From assembly GCA_039920385.1 (NCBI GenBank), contig JBDSDR010000004.1:20125-84124 (forward strand): a DNA stretch of 64,000 nucleotides. Direction: 5' to 3'. The notes beneath the pieces were generated by a model. That model had not been told where the DNA came from, did not search any database, and saw only the letters and a list, made by a program, of their open reading frames with translations. The DNA is from Candidatus Saccharimonadales bacterium (lineage in GTDB: Bacteria > Patescibacteriota > Saccharimonadia > Saccharimonadales > JAUPVS01). Positions 36,095-46,369 of the stretch are shown piece after piece (the first letter of the stretch is position 1; each line of letters starts with the position of its first letter). The position numbers and the translations under genes are program-made.

Positions 36095-37342
36095 ATGGGT
36101 CACAAAAAACTCGTACTAACAAATCCTAGCGAAAAGTATCCGCAATTTCTGAAAACCGCTGCTAAAACTGGCCCCCAAGATGACCTTCATGATAAGCCGG
36201 TTTTGGTTAAGATGTCTGACAAAGACAGCCTAAAACAGCTGGAGTCTTTAATAAAAGCCAGCCCGTCGTTGGAAATTATTGATAACTACGACGAACAGTA
36301 TGCCGAACTGTTGCTAAGCAAAAATGCCCACTTGTATCGCGCTAAGTACGAAGTCCAGGTGGCTTCGATTGATAAGCTTTTAACTGAGCATTATGCCAAA
36401 AAACAGCCCTGGGAACTCGGTACCTGGGTTCACTTCCCATGGAAGAACCAACTAGTTCATATTCTGGCCCAAGAAGATTTTGAAGATCTGCGAACAATCC
36501 GTAACCGCGATCTAATTACCCCCAAGGAGCAGAAAAAACTGTTTGAATTTGAGGCAGTAGCCTTTGGCATGAGCGTCGGTAGTGCCGGTGCTTTGGCGTT
36601 AGGTATTTCCGGTATATCACGACGCCTTAAGCTGGTTGATGGAGCGGTCATTAGTGGCTCAAATCTTAACAGAATCTTAACGGGGGTATCGAGTGTCGGC
36701 AAAAGCAAGGCATTAGTTATTGCCCGACAAATATACGAGATGAACCCATATTCTACAATTGCTAATTACGACAAAGTCGATAGCAGCAATATTGGTGAAA
36801 TCTTTGAAACACCGTGGCCAGTGCAAATTGCGATTGATGAGATTGATGATATCGAGATGAAAATTAATATTCGTATCGAAGCCCGAAAGCGAAAAATACC
36901 GGTAATTATGGCTACCGAACTGGGCGATACTATCATGCTCGATGTCGAACGATTCGATCAAGAGCCTAACCGGCCACTTTTCCATAACTTAATCCCAGGT
37001 ATCGAAAAGCTAAGCGAGCAGAAGCTCGAGAACTATCGTGAATGGACTAAGCACGCCGTTAATATTATTGACCCCCAAAATATGCCATTGAGAATGCAAG
37101 AAGCGCTCCTCAAGATTGGTACCACTATTGTGACCCACCCCCAACTTGGATCGACAGTTATGATGACAGGTGGCGTGCTGGCATTTGCGGCCAAGAATAT
37201 TGCTCTTGGTAATCCCCTAAAGTCTGGAAGATATGTAATCTCACTCGAAACAGAGTTGTTAGCCGACCACCAAACCCGACACTACCGCAAAGCTCATAAA
37301 AAACACACCAAAGTTATTCACCGCGCCGTTAACTCGATGTAG
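36095..37342 (+). CDS. ThiF-family adenylyltransferase of the Rv1355c/MoeY type
   Basis: WVHFPW, RNRDLIT, GMSVG, SNLNR, DEIDD, LDVERFD.EP.RP and PQL motifs. Confidence 0.85.
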   Translation: MGHKKLVLTNPSEKYPQFLKTAAKTGPQDDLHDKPVLVKMSDKDSLKQLESLIKASPSLEIIDNYDEQYAELLLSKNAHLYRAKYEVQVASIDKLLTEHYAKKQPWELGTWVHFPWKNQLVHILAQEDFEDLRTIRNRDLITPKEQKKLFEFEAVAFGMSVGSAGALALGISGISRRLKLVDGAVISGSNLNRILTGVSSVGKSKALVIARQIYEMNPYSTIANYDKVDSSNIGEIFETPWPVQIAIDEIDDIEMKINIRIEARKRKIPVIMATELGDTIMLDVERFDQEPNRPLFHNLIPGIEKLSEQKLENYREWTKHAVNIIDPQNMPLRMQEALLKIGTTIVTHPQLGSTVMMTGGVLAFAAKNIALGNPLKSGRYVISLETELLADHQTRHYRKAHKKHTKVIHRAVNSM

Positions 37343-38303
37343 CTAAAAGGGTATCGGTGGTCACGCGTGGCGAATGAACCCGATTCTTGCTACCTTGGCC
37401 GACTCGCAAAACACTTTGCAAACGAAAATTTGTCCCCAGCATTTCTTCGATGTCTTCGTGAAAATTCGATGCCTCGACGGTAGCCGCCGAAGTCGCTTGG
37501 CTTAAGCCGAGTTTTTCGATTTGCAAAGAAACTTGCAAGTAAGCCCGGCCGGCCTTAAACCAGTATTCGGGCATGTCACCGCGGGTAGCAATGTATATAT
37601 CGGCACTGGCCGACAGCCAGCGTTTCTTTTCAAGTTTAACTTCGGCACCAACCCCAACGCCGAGTCGCATCAGATAAGGTTCGAGGACGGCCACAAAGCG
37701 CGGTATATACAAGCTGTCGACGGCAATACCACGACCCTTTTTAGACCACGGCTCGGTTAGATACTGACTTAGTTCTTTGCGAAAATTGGGAGAACTAAGC
37801 GCTAGGCTAATGCCTTGGGCGGTAAGTTGGGCAGTCTTTTGCAAACTATCCGGGTCGGTTCGAACCCAAATCCGAACATCGCCTTTGGCGTAGGCTTTCT
37901 CCATGGTGTCAGCCATTTCGGGTGTTACGTCGTAAGGGGTATAAATGCTTCGATCAGTGCAACGTTGCTTGAGTAGGTCAACTGCTTCGGCCGTGCCGGG
38001 CTTACCTTGGAGTTTTTGAAAAGTTATGTCGGTCGATTGGTTGTGGAACTTCATAGAGCGGAGCTTATAGCCCAGGTAACCGGCCGCAATAATAATTGCT
38101 TCACTAAAAATCCCCATGCTAATAATTGTCTCTCGACCGGTAGGGTCACCATCGCCAAGTGTAAAGTCGGGATCAAGCTTAATATGAATCGTTTGATCTT
38201 TGACGGTTACTTCCCAGGGCTGGGTATTATGAACCGAAGGCGCCAAGCGGGCAATTTCTAGAATATTTTTAATGTTGCTATTAAGCCCTGAAGTATCGTT
38301 CAT
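37329..38303 (-). CDS. Nitroreductase-fold (Acg-like) FMN protein
   Basis: LAPSVHNTQPW, RCTDR, AGRAY...L and C-terminal LRVG...SPR. Confidence 0.8.
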   Translation of the reverse strand: MNDTSGLNSNIKNILEIARLAPSVHNTQPWEVTVKDQTIHIKLDPDFTLGDGDPTGRETIISMGIFSEAIIIAAGYLGYKLRSMKFHNQSTDITFQKLQGKPGTAEAVDLLKQRCTDRSIYTPYDVTPEMADTMEKAYAKGDVRIWVRTDPDSLQKTAQLTAQGISLALSSPNFRKELSQYLTEPWSKKGRGIAVDSLYIPRFVAVLEPYLMRLGVGVGAEVKLEKKRWLSASADIYIATRGDMPEYWFKAGRAYLQVSLQIEKLGLSQATSAATVEASNFHEDIEEMLGTNFRLQSVLRVGQGSKNRVHSPRVTTDTLLATSS

Positions 38304-38398
38304 ATATCTGTATTATATATGAAATTGTAAAAATAGTGGTTCAGTAGTTCTTGTTGTATAATGTATTGCATAAAAGTATTTAAAACAGACATATTAAA

Positions 38399-39472
38399 AT
38401 GACCGCAAGCCAGCCACAACTGATGCTCAGAGATTACAAAGAATTTGACGACCACGAAATGGTTATAACTATAAGCGACAAAGCAGCTGGTTTAAAAGGC
38501 TATATTGCCATCCATAACACCGCTCGTGGGCCAGCTTTGGGCGGAACGCGCATGCAAGTTTATGCTACAGAAGAGGCGGCCGCCAAAGATGTTCTTAATT
38601 TGTCCCGGGCGATGAGCTATAAGTGCGCTTTGGCTAATCTGCCTTTTGGAGGCGGCAAGGGAGTTATAATCGCCGACAATCAACAAGACCACGAGGCTGT
38701 TTTAACGGCCTACGCAAAGATGGTTGATCGCTTAAACGGTTGGTTCAAGACCGGTACCGACGTAGGTGTCACCGACGCCGAAGTTGCTATGATGGCTCGC
38801 TCAACCAAGCACATGCTTGGTGTCGTCGAGGCCGACAGGGGAGACCTTACAACTGCTAAGACTGCTGCCGCCGGAGTTTTTGCCTCGATGAAGGCAGCCC
38901 TCAATGAGCTATATGATGACGAAACTTTTACAAACCGAGTAATTGCCATAAAAGGTGTTGGCAAACTTGGAGGAGAATTGGCTCGACTGACCCACCAAGC
39001 AGGCGCCAAAGTCATGGTGGCTGATATTAACGATGCCCAGACTAAAGATTTGGTTGCAGAAATACCAGAAATTGAGGTAGTTGCCTTGGCCGACATCCAC
39101 AAACAGGAGGTCGATATTTATGCCCCATGCGCACTGGGCGCTGAATTTACCGATGAGGTTATCAACGAGTTAGCATGCAAAGCAGTAGTAGGAGGGGCCA
39201 ACAACCAATTGCCCGATCCTGGTGCTGGCGACAAACTGTTCGCCAAAGGAATTATTTACGCCCCCGATTACATTGCAAATGCCGGGGGCTTAATTTATGT
39301 GGCCGACGAACTCGAAAGTGATGGTTTTAATAAGGACCGAGTAATGCAAAGGACTAAAGCCATTCAAGAAACCCTAGCCAGTATTTTTAGCCGCTCTAAA
39401 CAAGAGAATTTACCAACATATAAAGTAGCTGACACGATTGCCCGCGAGCGTATGAAAGAAAGCCATGATTAG
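38399..39472 (+). CDS. Glu/Leu/Phe/Val dehydrogenase (leucine/phenylalanine dehydrogenase-like)
   Basis: GPALGGTR, MSYK, GGGK, GVGKLG, PCALG, GGANN and PDYIANAGG motifs. Confidence 0.92.
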   Translation: MTASQPQLMLRDYKEFDDHEMVITISDKAAGLKGYIAIHNTARGPALGGTRMQVYATEEAAAKDVLNLSRAMSYKCALANLPFGGGKGVIIADNQQDHEAVLTAYAKMVDRLNGWFKTGTDVGVTDAEVAMMARSTKHMLGVVEADRGDLTTAKTAAAGVFASMKAALNELYDDETFTNRVIAIKGVGKLGGELARLTHQAGAKVMVADINDAQTKDLVAEIPEIEVVALADIHKQEVDIYAPCALGAEFTDEVINELACKAVVGGANNQLPDPGAGDKLFAKGIIYAPDYIANAGGLIYVADELESDGFNKDRVMQRTKAIQETLASIFSRSKQENLPTYKVADTIARERMKESHD

Positions 39473-40892
39473 CGATAAATCAATAAAACTATTTAAAAAA
39501 GTGGCCAAAGAAATACCGGCCTACTCGGCCTTTTTAGCCGAGCACCACCTAAAACCAGCCGACATTAGTAGTCCTAAAGACTTCTATAAAGTTCCTCTTA
39601 CTAGCAAAAAGAACTACCTTGTACCTAACGCCTTGCAGGACTTGGTTTGGAAGAACGATTTTAATAACCTGATGCTATTTTGTTCTACGTCTGGGTCCAC
39701 CGGCAAGCCATACTACTTCCCGCGTAACGAAGAGCTGAGTTTGCAGTACTCTTACGTTATCGAAGACTTCTTAAAGTATTCATCTTACGGCAAGGGCCCA
39801 ACCCTTGTCTTGATTGGTTTTGGGATGGGTGTCTGGATTGGCGGGATTATTACTTTAAGGGCTTTTGAGATTGCTGCCGCTCGTATGAACCAGCCAGTGT
39901 CAATTCTGCCAGCCGGCTACAACAAAAAAGAATTATTCAAAGCCCTCCAAGAGCTATCGCCTAATTTTGAGCAAACCGTTATTGTTGGCTATCCACCGTT
40001 TATCAAAGAATTAATAGACGAAGCTAGCCAAGCCGACCTAAATCTTGCTAAATTGCAGATTCGACTCTTGTCGGCGGCCGAAGCCTTTACCGAAACTTTC
40101 CGTAAATATGTTTGCGAAAATGGCGGCGTTCAAGACCCAATCTTAGACACCATGAATATTTATGGTACAGCCGACATTGGGGCTATGGCTTACGAAACGC
40201 CATTAAGTATTCTGGCACGACGGCTGATTATCGAGGACCCAGTACTGTTTAAAGATGTTTTTAGACAGATCGAAAAAACCCCGACGTTAGCCCAATTTAA
40301 TCCGGATTTTATTGAATTCGAAGAAGTTAATGGGGAGCTGGCCTTAACAGGTAATGCCGCCTTGCCGCTTATCCGTTACGCCGTTGGTGACCACGGTGGG
40401 GTTATTAGCTACAACGAAATGATGACTAAGCTCAAATCGTATAATATTAACCTCGAAGCAGAAGTTAAAAAGTACGGCATTGGCCATACGGTTAAAAAAC
40501 ATCCCTTTGTGTTCGTTTATGAAAGAACTGATTTTGCCGCAACCTTGCACGGCATCATCATCTACCCGGAGTTCATTAAAGAAGGTCTACTTAAGCCTAA
40601 GATGGGTCGCTACTTTACCGAGCGCTTTACAATGTCAACTAAAACCGACGTTCGACATAACCAATTTTTGCAGATAAATATTGAGCTTCAACCTGGCTTG
40701 GAAGGTTCTGAAGAAATCGAGAAAATTGCCTGTAAAGCAATTAGGACTAGTTTGATTGAGAAAAGCTCGGAATTTGCCGAAATATCTAAAAGTAAAGACA
40801 GCGATCAATTAATCCAGGTTGTTCTGTGGCCAAATGGCCATGAGCGCTACTTTGCGGCCGGCATTAAACAAAAGTGGGTAGAAAAGTCCTGA
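39465..40892 (+). CDS. Phenylacetate-CoA ligase-like adenylate-forming enzyme (ANL superfamily)
   Basis: STSGSTGKP, GYPPF, YGTAD and PLIRYAVGD motifs; start overlaps the dehydrogenase 3' end. Confidence 0.85.
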   Translation: MISDKSIKLFKKVAKEIPAYSAFLAEHHLKPADISSPKDFYKVPLTSKKNYLVPNALQDLVWKNDFNNLMLFCSTSGSTGKPYYFPRNEELSLQYSYVIEDFLKYSSYGKGPTLVLIGFGMGVWIGGIITLRAFEIAAARMNQPVSILPAGYNKKELFKALQELSPNFEQTVIVGYPPFIKELIDEASQADLNLAKLQIRLLSAAEAFTETFRKYVCENGGVQDPILDTMNIYGTADIGAMAYETPLSILARRLIIEDPVLFKDVFRQIEKTPTLAQFNPDFIEFEEVNGELALTGNAALPLIRYAVGDHGGVISYNEMMTKLKSYNINLEAEVKKYGIGHTVKKHPFVFVYERTDFAATLHGIIIYPEFIKEGLLKPKMGRYFTERFTMSTKTDVRHNQFLQINIELQPGLEGSEEIEKIACKAIRTSLIEKSSEFAEISKSKDSDQLIQVVLWPNGHERYFAAGIKQKWVEKS

Positions 40893-40937
40893 CGCTGTAC
40901 AATAAGCACTAGTACTATCTAATGCGGCGAATTATTT

Positions 40938-43097
40938 ATGATTGAACTTGGGTTACTTTGTCTAGCGAGCTTTTTAAATGTTGTGCTTGGTTTGGTGGTT
41001 TTTATGAAAAATCCCAAAAGTATTACAAATAAGCTATTTCTAATTTTGACGAGTAGTTTTGCCCTATGGTCGACCGTTAACTACATATCGGTCCACCCAA
41101 TTATCTTCCCGCAGATAATCTGGGTTCGGTTGGTCCTCTTTTTCGCATCATTTTTATGCTTAGCCGTGTACCTAACATTTAAGATCTTCCCATCTTACAA
41201 TTTGGTTGGTAGTAAATTTTGGCGACGTTCGGCAATTGGTGCGACTGCTTTTGTGATGTTTATGACGCAAACTCCCTACGTTTTCAAACTTGATTCAAAG
41301 GGCGAGCCAACTCCAGGCTTCGCCATAGCATTTTTTGCAATTGTCTCAATTGGCTTGTTGACCAGTGGCGTTGTTAACCTGGTTATAAAGTATCGCCGAG
41401 CTTCTGGTAGGGAGCGCGATCAGTTCCGAATTGTACTGGCAGGCATTGGTGGTTCGATGGGGCTTATCTTCCTGACTAACTTTTTGTTTGTCGTCTTGTT
41501 TGGCTTCACCGGCCTGATACCATTTGGGCCAACCTTTACACTGTTATTCAGTGGGTCGCTAGCTTACGCCATAATTAAACACCGCTTGTTTGATATCCGG
41601 GCAGCCACCGCTCGTGGTTTAGCCTACCTGCTATCGTTTGGAACAGTCGGCCTTATTTATGGAGTGTTTGTGCTCGGTCTCTCGACTATCATTAATCAGC
41701 ATGATTCTCTGACCTTAACGCAACGGGGTTCTTACATCGCCTTTGCTATGTTAACCGCACTGGTTTTCCCGCGGACTAAGGCTTTCTTTGATCGGATAAC
41801 TAACCGGTTCTTCTTTCGCGACGCCTATGACCCACAAAGTTTTCTGGATGATTTGAATGCAGTTCTAGTGCATAATATTGATCTCGAGACACTCTTGACC
41901 GACACGGCCGACGTATTTGTCAAAGATCTAAAAACCGAATTTGCTAGTTTTTATCTTTATAAAACCTCATATTCACCGGTAAGATTGATTGGTAAGGGTG
42001 GCGCTCATCTTAGTACCGATGGTGTCGCTAAAATAGTTGAACCTCTAAGTACCTCTAGGGATAAGGTGGTAGTGGCTGACTACCTCGAGCAAAGACATGG
42101 CGTTTTACGAACTGCGTTGAGCGATAATGATAGTGCCGCTGTAGTTAAGTTGCAGGCCCGGGTCGGTAACAAAAATGAAGTTATTGGCATGATTCTGTTT
42201 GGCGCCAAGAAAAGTGGCAACCCTTACAATAAGATGGATATTAAAATGTTTGAGATCATCTCTAACGAGCTGGTTATTGCTATTCAAAACGCGCTTCGTT
42301 TTGAAGAAATCGAACAGTTTAACATTACTCTGCAGCAAAAAGTCGACGATGCTACCTACAAACTTCGTAAGACTAACGAAAAATTACGACAAATGGATGA
42401 GACCAAAGACGACTTTATTAGTATGGCATCACACCAGCTGCGAACTCCGCTTACCTCTGTTAAGGGCTATGTTAGTATGGTGCTCGACGAAGACGCCGGT
42501 AAGATTAGCCCCCAACAGCGTAAGTTGCTGGACCAGGCCTTTATTAGTTCGCAGCGGATGGTTTACTTGATTGCCGATTTGCTGAACGTATCACGCCTCA
42601 AGACCGGTAAGTTTATCATCGATGCTAAGCCAACTAATTTGGCTGATATTGTCGAGACCGAACTAGACCAACTTAAAGAGACTGCCAAGGGTAGGGGGCT
42701 CAAGTTGGAGTATCAGCACCCCAAGAACTTCCCAAGTCTTAACCTAGACGAAACCAAGATTAGGCAAGTGATCATGAACTTTAGTGACAATGCCATCTAC
42801 TACACACCCAGCGGCGGGACAATTACTGTAGAATTAGTCGATAAGGCCGATAGTATTGAGCTGACAGTGTCGGATAACGGTATTGGTGTGCCTAAATCAG
42901 AACAACACCACCTCTTTACCAAGTTCTACCGGGCCGATAATGCTAAGAAGGCTCGCCCAGATGGTACCGGACTTGGTTTGTTCATGGCCCAGAAGGTGAT
43001 TGTTGCCCAGGGTGGTGCTCTAATATTCCATAGCGAAGAGAATAAGGGTAGTACCTTTGGCTTTAGCTTTCCCAAAGCCAAGTTGCTAGTAAAGTAA
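40938..43097 (+). CDS. Sensor histidine kinase with N-terminal 7TM-type membrane domain and GAF-like domain
   Basis: About nine TMs ending YAIIKHRLFDI; GAF-like region; SHQLRTPL H-box, N, G1, F and GTGLGL boxes. Confidence 0.93.
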   Translation: MIELGLLCLASFLNVVLGLVVFMKNPKSITNKLFLILTSSFALWSTVNYISVHPIIFPQIIWVRLVLFFASFLCLAVYLTFKIFPSYNLVGSKFWRRSAIGATAFVMFMTQTPYVFKLDSKGEPTPGFAIAFFAIVSIGLLTSGVVNLVIKYRRASGRERDQFRIVLAGIGGSMGLIFLTNFLFVVLFGFTGLIPFGPTFTLLFSGSLAYAIIKHRLFDIRAATARGLAYLLSFGTVGLIYGVFVLGLSTIINQHDSLTLTQRGSYIAFAMLTALVFPRTKAFFDRITNRFFFRDAYDPQSFLDDLNAVLVHNIDLETLLTDTADVFVKDLKTEFASFYLYKTSYSPVRLIGKGGAHLSTDGVAKIVEPLSTSRDKVVVADYLEQRHGVLRTALSDNDSAAVVKLQARVGNKNEVIGMILFGAKKSGNPYNKMDIKMFEIISNELVIAIQNALRFEEIEQFNITLQQKVDDATYKLRKTNEKLRQMDETKDDFISMASHQLRTPLTSVKGYVSMVLDEDAGKISPQQRKLLDQAFISSQRMVYLIADLLNVSRLKTGKFIIDAKPTNLADIVETELDQLKETAKGRGLKLEYQHPKNFPSLNLDETKIRQVIMNFSDNAIYYTPSGGTITVELVDKADSIELTVSDNGIGVPKSEQHHLFTKFYRADNAKKARPDGTGLGLFMAQKVIVAQGGALIFHSEENKGSTFGFSFPKAKLLVK

Positions 43098-43146
43098 CTC
43101 CTGTAGGAAAAAGCTTGTGCTTTAGGCAACTATATGTCAGAAAGTA

Positions 43147-43175
43147 TTGACAGGTTATGCCTTTTATGGTAAACT
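43147..43175 (+). promoter_or_regulatory. Sigma70-type promoter for the surface-protein pair
   Basis: TTGACA-17 nt-TAAACT with extended TG; GAGGAG RBS at 43196. Confidence 0.7.
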
Positions 43176-43209
43176 GCTGAGGTAATAAATCTTGTGAGGA
43201 GATTAGTAT

Positions 43210-44595
43210 ATGACACAATCTGTTAATCCTATGGAAAATCCAGTTATACAACCCGTTGAGTTTGTCCCTGCTGGCGTTCAACACTTAAACGGTGGCATTA
43301 ATGCTATCCGCGATTGGTTTGGCGAACAAAAAGAAACTTTCATTAAGTTAACTGCTGGTATCGCCGTTGGCGCTATCGCTGTGGCTGGCTGTGCTCGTCA
43401 GTCAGAAGTTGTAACGGCTGGCCCAGTCGTTAGTAAGAGCTCAGAAGCCGTTGAGCAACCTGCTCCTGATAACTTCGACACTTCAGGTGTTTTGGGAGTT
43501 ATCGAAGCTGCCCAACAGCAAGAAGAAGATCTTCAGGCTCTTAAAGAGGCCCTAACTGTCAAAACAACTGACCCTGAGCTAGAATGTGCCACTATTGTCG
43601 AAAAAGCTGGCGGTAAAACTGTTAAGCGCAAAGATGATACGCTAGTTCCTGCCCAAAGCATCGGTGCCTTTGAATCAGTTAACCCTGAGGATCCTGCTAA
43701 GCGTGCATGGTCTGATGCTATTGATACTCCTTTCCTCGCAGATCAGTCTGACAAAGACGCTCTTTTAAACGAACTTCAAGTTGAAATTTGTGAAAACCCA
43801 CTGGTTGGTGAAATGGTTGCTAATTACTTTGCGAACCTAGAAGTCGGTGGTGTTAAAGTCGTTGACCTTAACGAAGAATGGCTTAAAGACTCTGTTGGCC
43901 CAGCCGAAGACATTAATGACAAGGCCGCTCAGCGGACTCCATATATGGGTGAAGACCCACTGTCTCTTACTGATGAACAATCAGCCGAACAAGTTGATGC
44001 TAATCTTAAGTACCAACAGTTTGCACTCTACCTGAACACTATGCTTGGTCGTTTTAATAACCAAGGTAAACAAGATGGTGGCGTGACAAATATGAACTTT
44101 CATTTGGCTGGCAACGGTCTAGCGGTTGGTAAAGGTTATCCAGAAATGGAACTTAACCCCAACCAGTATGACGCCAGTGGTGAATTGGGTGTTCTGAAGT
44201 TTGATATAACTTCTAAAGGTCAAGACTACTGTATAAAGATGTTTGGCGTTAACCTAAAAGACAAGCGCATCGACGATTTCGTCTGTGAAGTCCCAGAAGT
44301 CCCAGCACCAGAAGTTGTGCCTGGTCAGCCAAACGTGCCTGGTCGCCCTAGTACACCTACAACCGGTGGAACCGGTGGTCCAAACCCAACCACTCCTGAA
44401 GGATATCCAACCACTACAGTTTGGGTAGGACCAAAGACGGCTACTACTATTGGCCAAGGTGGTTCACCAACTACTTTGGGACCAACACCAGAAGGCCCAG
44501 CTACTACTAGTACGACTGCCGCTCCTGTCACGCAACCAACCTATGTACCACCAGTTGGAAGCCCTACAACACTAACGCCTCCAGGTGAAGGTTAA
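43210..44595 (+). CDS. Putative lipoprotein with a Pro/Thr/Gly-rich C-terminal tail
   Basis: Hydrophobic segment ending AVAGC (lipobox-like); acidic body; P/T-rich tail. Confidence 0.65.
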   Translation: MTQSVNPMENPVIQPVEFVPAGVQHLNGGINAIRDWFGEQKETFIKLTAGIAVGAIAVAGCARQSEVVTAGPVVSKSSEAVEQPAPDNFDTSGVLGVIEAAQQQEEDLQALKEALTVKTTDPELECATIVEKAGGKTVKRKDDTLVPAQSIGAFESVNPEDPAKRAWSDAIDTPFLADQSDKDALLNELQVEICENPLVGEMVANYFANLEVGGVKVVDLNEEWLKDSVGPAEDINDKAAQRTPYMGEDPLSLTDEQSAEQVDANLKYQQFALYLNTMLGRFNNQGKQDGGVTNMNFHLAGNGLAVGKGYPEMELNPNQYDASGELGVLKFDITSKGQDYCIKMFGVNLKDKRIDDFVCEVPEVPAPEVVPGQPNVPGRPSTPTTGGTGGPNPTTPEGYPTTTVWVGPKTATTIGQGGSPTTLGPTPEGPATTSTTAAPVTQPTYVPPVGSPTTLTPPGEG

Positions 44596-44618
44596 GAAGG
44601 AAGAGAAGGAGAAATAAC

Positions 44619-46271
44619 ATGTTTAAATTTATCAAGAATACTTTCAAAAAAGTTCCTAAGAAGGTTGCCGTAAGCATTGCTGTCCTCGGTGCGGTATTTG
44701 TACCAGCTACAATTGCCCTAGCTGGCTTTGGCCCAGGACGACCAACTTACGATTACAACAAGTATGACGCTTCAAAGTCTTGTACTGATCCATCGCAAGC
44801 TTATGGCCGTTGTGGTTCGCTGGATGGCCCTGTTTTCAACTCGTTTGTAAACACTCCAACCTACGGCGACGAGCGTAACTTTACGCGGATTGCTGAAGTA
44901 GTTGCTGGACAAGCTCCAACCGACGCTGATTTCCGTGAAACATCTACAGCCGTACCTGGTAAAAGTTATTGGGTGCGAACCTTCGTACACAACAACGCTA
45001 ACCAGACGACTAACGGTGTCAACATGGACGGCCCTGGTATCGCCAAGAATACTCGTGTTCGAGTCATCTTGCCGACCGGTGTTGCCAATGGCATGGATCT
45101 AGAGTCTGACATTACTGCAGACAATGCTAAGCCAGGCCGTGTTTGGGACACAGCTACACTTGCAAATGGTAGCCAAGCCTTTAGCGTTAACTACGTTCCT
45201 GGTTCAGCCACTATCTATAACGGTATCCACACAGCCGGTATGCCAATCAGTGATGCGATTGTATCAGCTGACGGTACGCCACTTGGCTACAACGCTATGA
45301 ACGGCAGTCTACCGGGCTGTTTTGACTACTCAGCTTACGTTTACGTAAAAGTTGAAGTTAAAGCTCCTCAGCTAGCCGTTAACAAGGTTGCTCGTGTTTC
45401 TGGTACAACCGAATACCAAGACAAGATTACCGCTAAGAAGTCCGACAAGATTCAGTGGAACATTGAATTCAAAAACGGTGGTAACGATGTCGCTAAAGAT
45501 GTAACTATCCGCGATACGCTTCCTAACGGTGTAACTCTAGTACCAGGTAGTATCAAGTGGACCGATGCCAACCGTAAGGATGAAGTTCTTCCTGATAACT
45601 CTCTAAACCAAGGTGGAATTAACCTCGGTAACTATGCCCCAGCAGTACGACGTAACGGTGCAGTTTCTTTTGAAACTACCATTAACAGCGACTTTAAGGG
45701 CTGTGAGCTAAAGAACGTTGCCTACGGCCGAGCTAGTAACATCCCAGAAACTAGTGATGACTCAACCGTAACTATCGAAGACTGTAACCCAGTCGTGCCA
45801 GTTTACTCATGCGATATGCTTGATGCTAAGAGCTTAGGTAACCGTAACTTCCAGTACACCCTTAAGTACACTGCGAAGAACGCCACCCTTAAAAATGTTA
45901 GTTACAACTTTGGTGATGACACAGCTCCACTGCTAACCAACAAAACTGTTGTTGAACACCAATATGCCAAGGATGGTAACTACACAACTAAAGCTGTATT
46001 GACCTTCACGGTTAATGGAAAAGATGTAGTCGTTAATGATGCTAAGTGTGCAACTACTGTTAGTAGCACAACTCCACCAGAACACTGTCCAATCCCAGGT
46101 AAAGAGAATCTACCTAAGGACAGCCCTGAGTGTAAAGTAACTCCGATTACTCCAGCTAAGACAATCTTGCCTGACACTGGTCCTGGTGACATTGCCGCTA
46201 TCTTTGCCGCAGTTAGTCTTGCTGGTACCATGGCCTACCGAGTCCTAATGACTCGTCGCCTGAACGGCTAA
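44619..46271 (+). CDS. Sortase-anchored surface protein (DUF11/pilin-like Ig domain, PKD domain, LPDTG)
   Basis: Signal peptide; VTIRDTLPNGVTLVPGS (DUF11-like); YNFGD...HQY (PKD); LPDTG, TM and RR tail; AAGGAG RBS. Confidence 0.85.
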   Translation: MFKFIKNTFKKVPKKVAVSIAVLGAVFVPATIALAGFGPGRPTYDYNKYDASKSCTDPSQAYGRCGSLDGPVFNSFVNTPTYGDERNFTRIAEVVAGQAPTDADFRETSTAVPGKSYWVRTFVHNNANQTTNGVNMDGPGIAKNTRVRVILPTGVANGMDLESDITADNAKPGRVWDTATLANGSQAFSVNYVPGSATIYNGIHTAGMPISDAIVSADGTPLGYNAMNGSLPGCFDYSAYVYVKVEVKAPQLAVNKVARVSGTTEYQDKITAKKSDKIQWNIEFKNGGNDVAKDVTIRDTLPNGVTLVPGSIKWTDANRKDEVLPDNSLNQGGINLGNYAPAVRRNGAVSFETTINSDFKGCELKNVAYGRASNIPETSDDSTVTIEDCNPVVPVYSCDMLDAKSLGNRNFQYTLKYTAKNATLKNVSYNFGDDTAPLLTNKTVVEHQYAKDGNYTTKAVLTFTVNGKDVVVNDAKCATTVSSTTPPEHCPIPGKENLPKDSPECKVTPITPAKTILPDTGPGDIAAIFAAVSLAGTMAYRVLMTRRLNG

Positions 46272-46369
46272 ACAAAAACGTCCCCTGTGGACAAGTGGGC
46301 TAGTCAAAGCATAAAAATTATGCTACGATAAGTACAGAAAAGAGCATGACTGACCGCTCACTCTAAACC

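Noticed and set aside
36095-37342. RiPP (microcin C or TOMM-type) interpretation of the ThiF and nitroreductase genes
   Set aside because: No YcaO, precursor peptide or exporter is nearby, and the motifs fit the Rv1355c/OxzB small-molecule type better.
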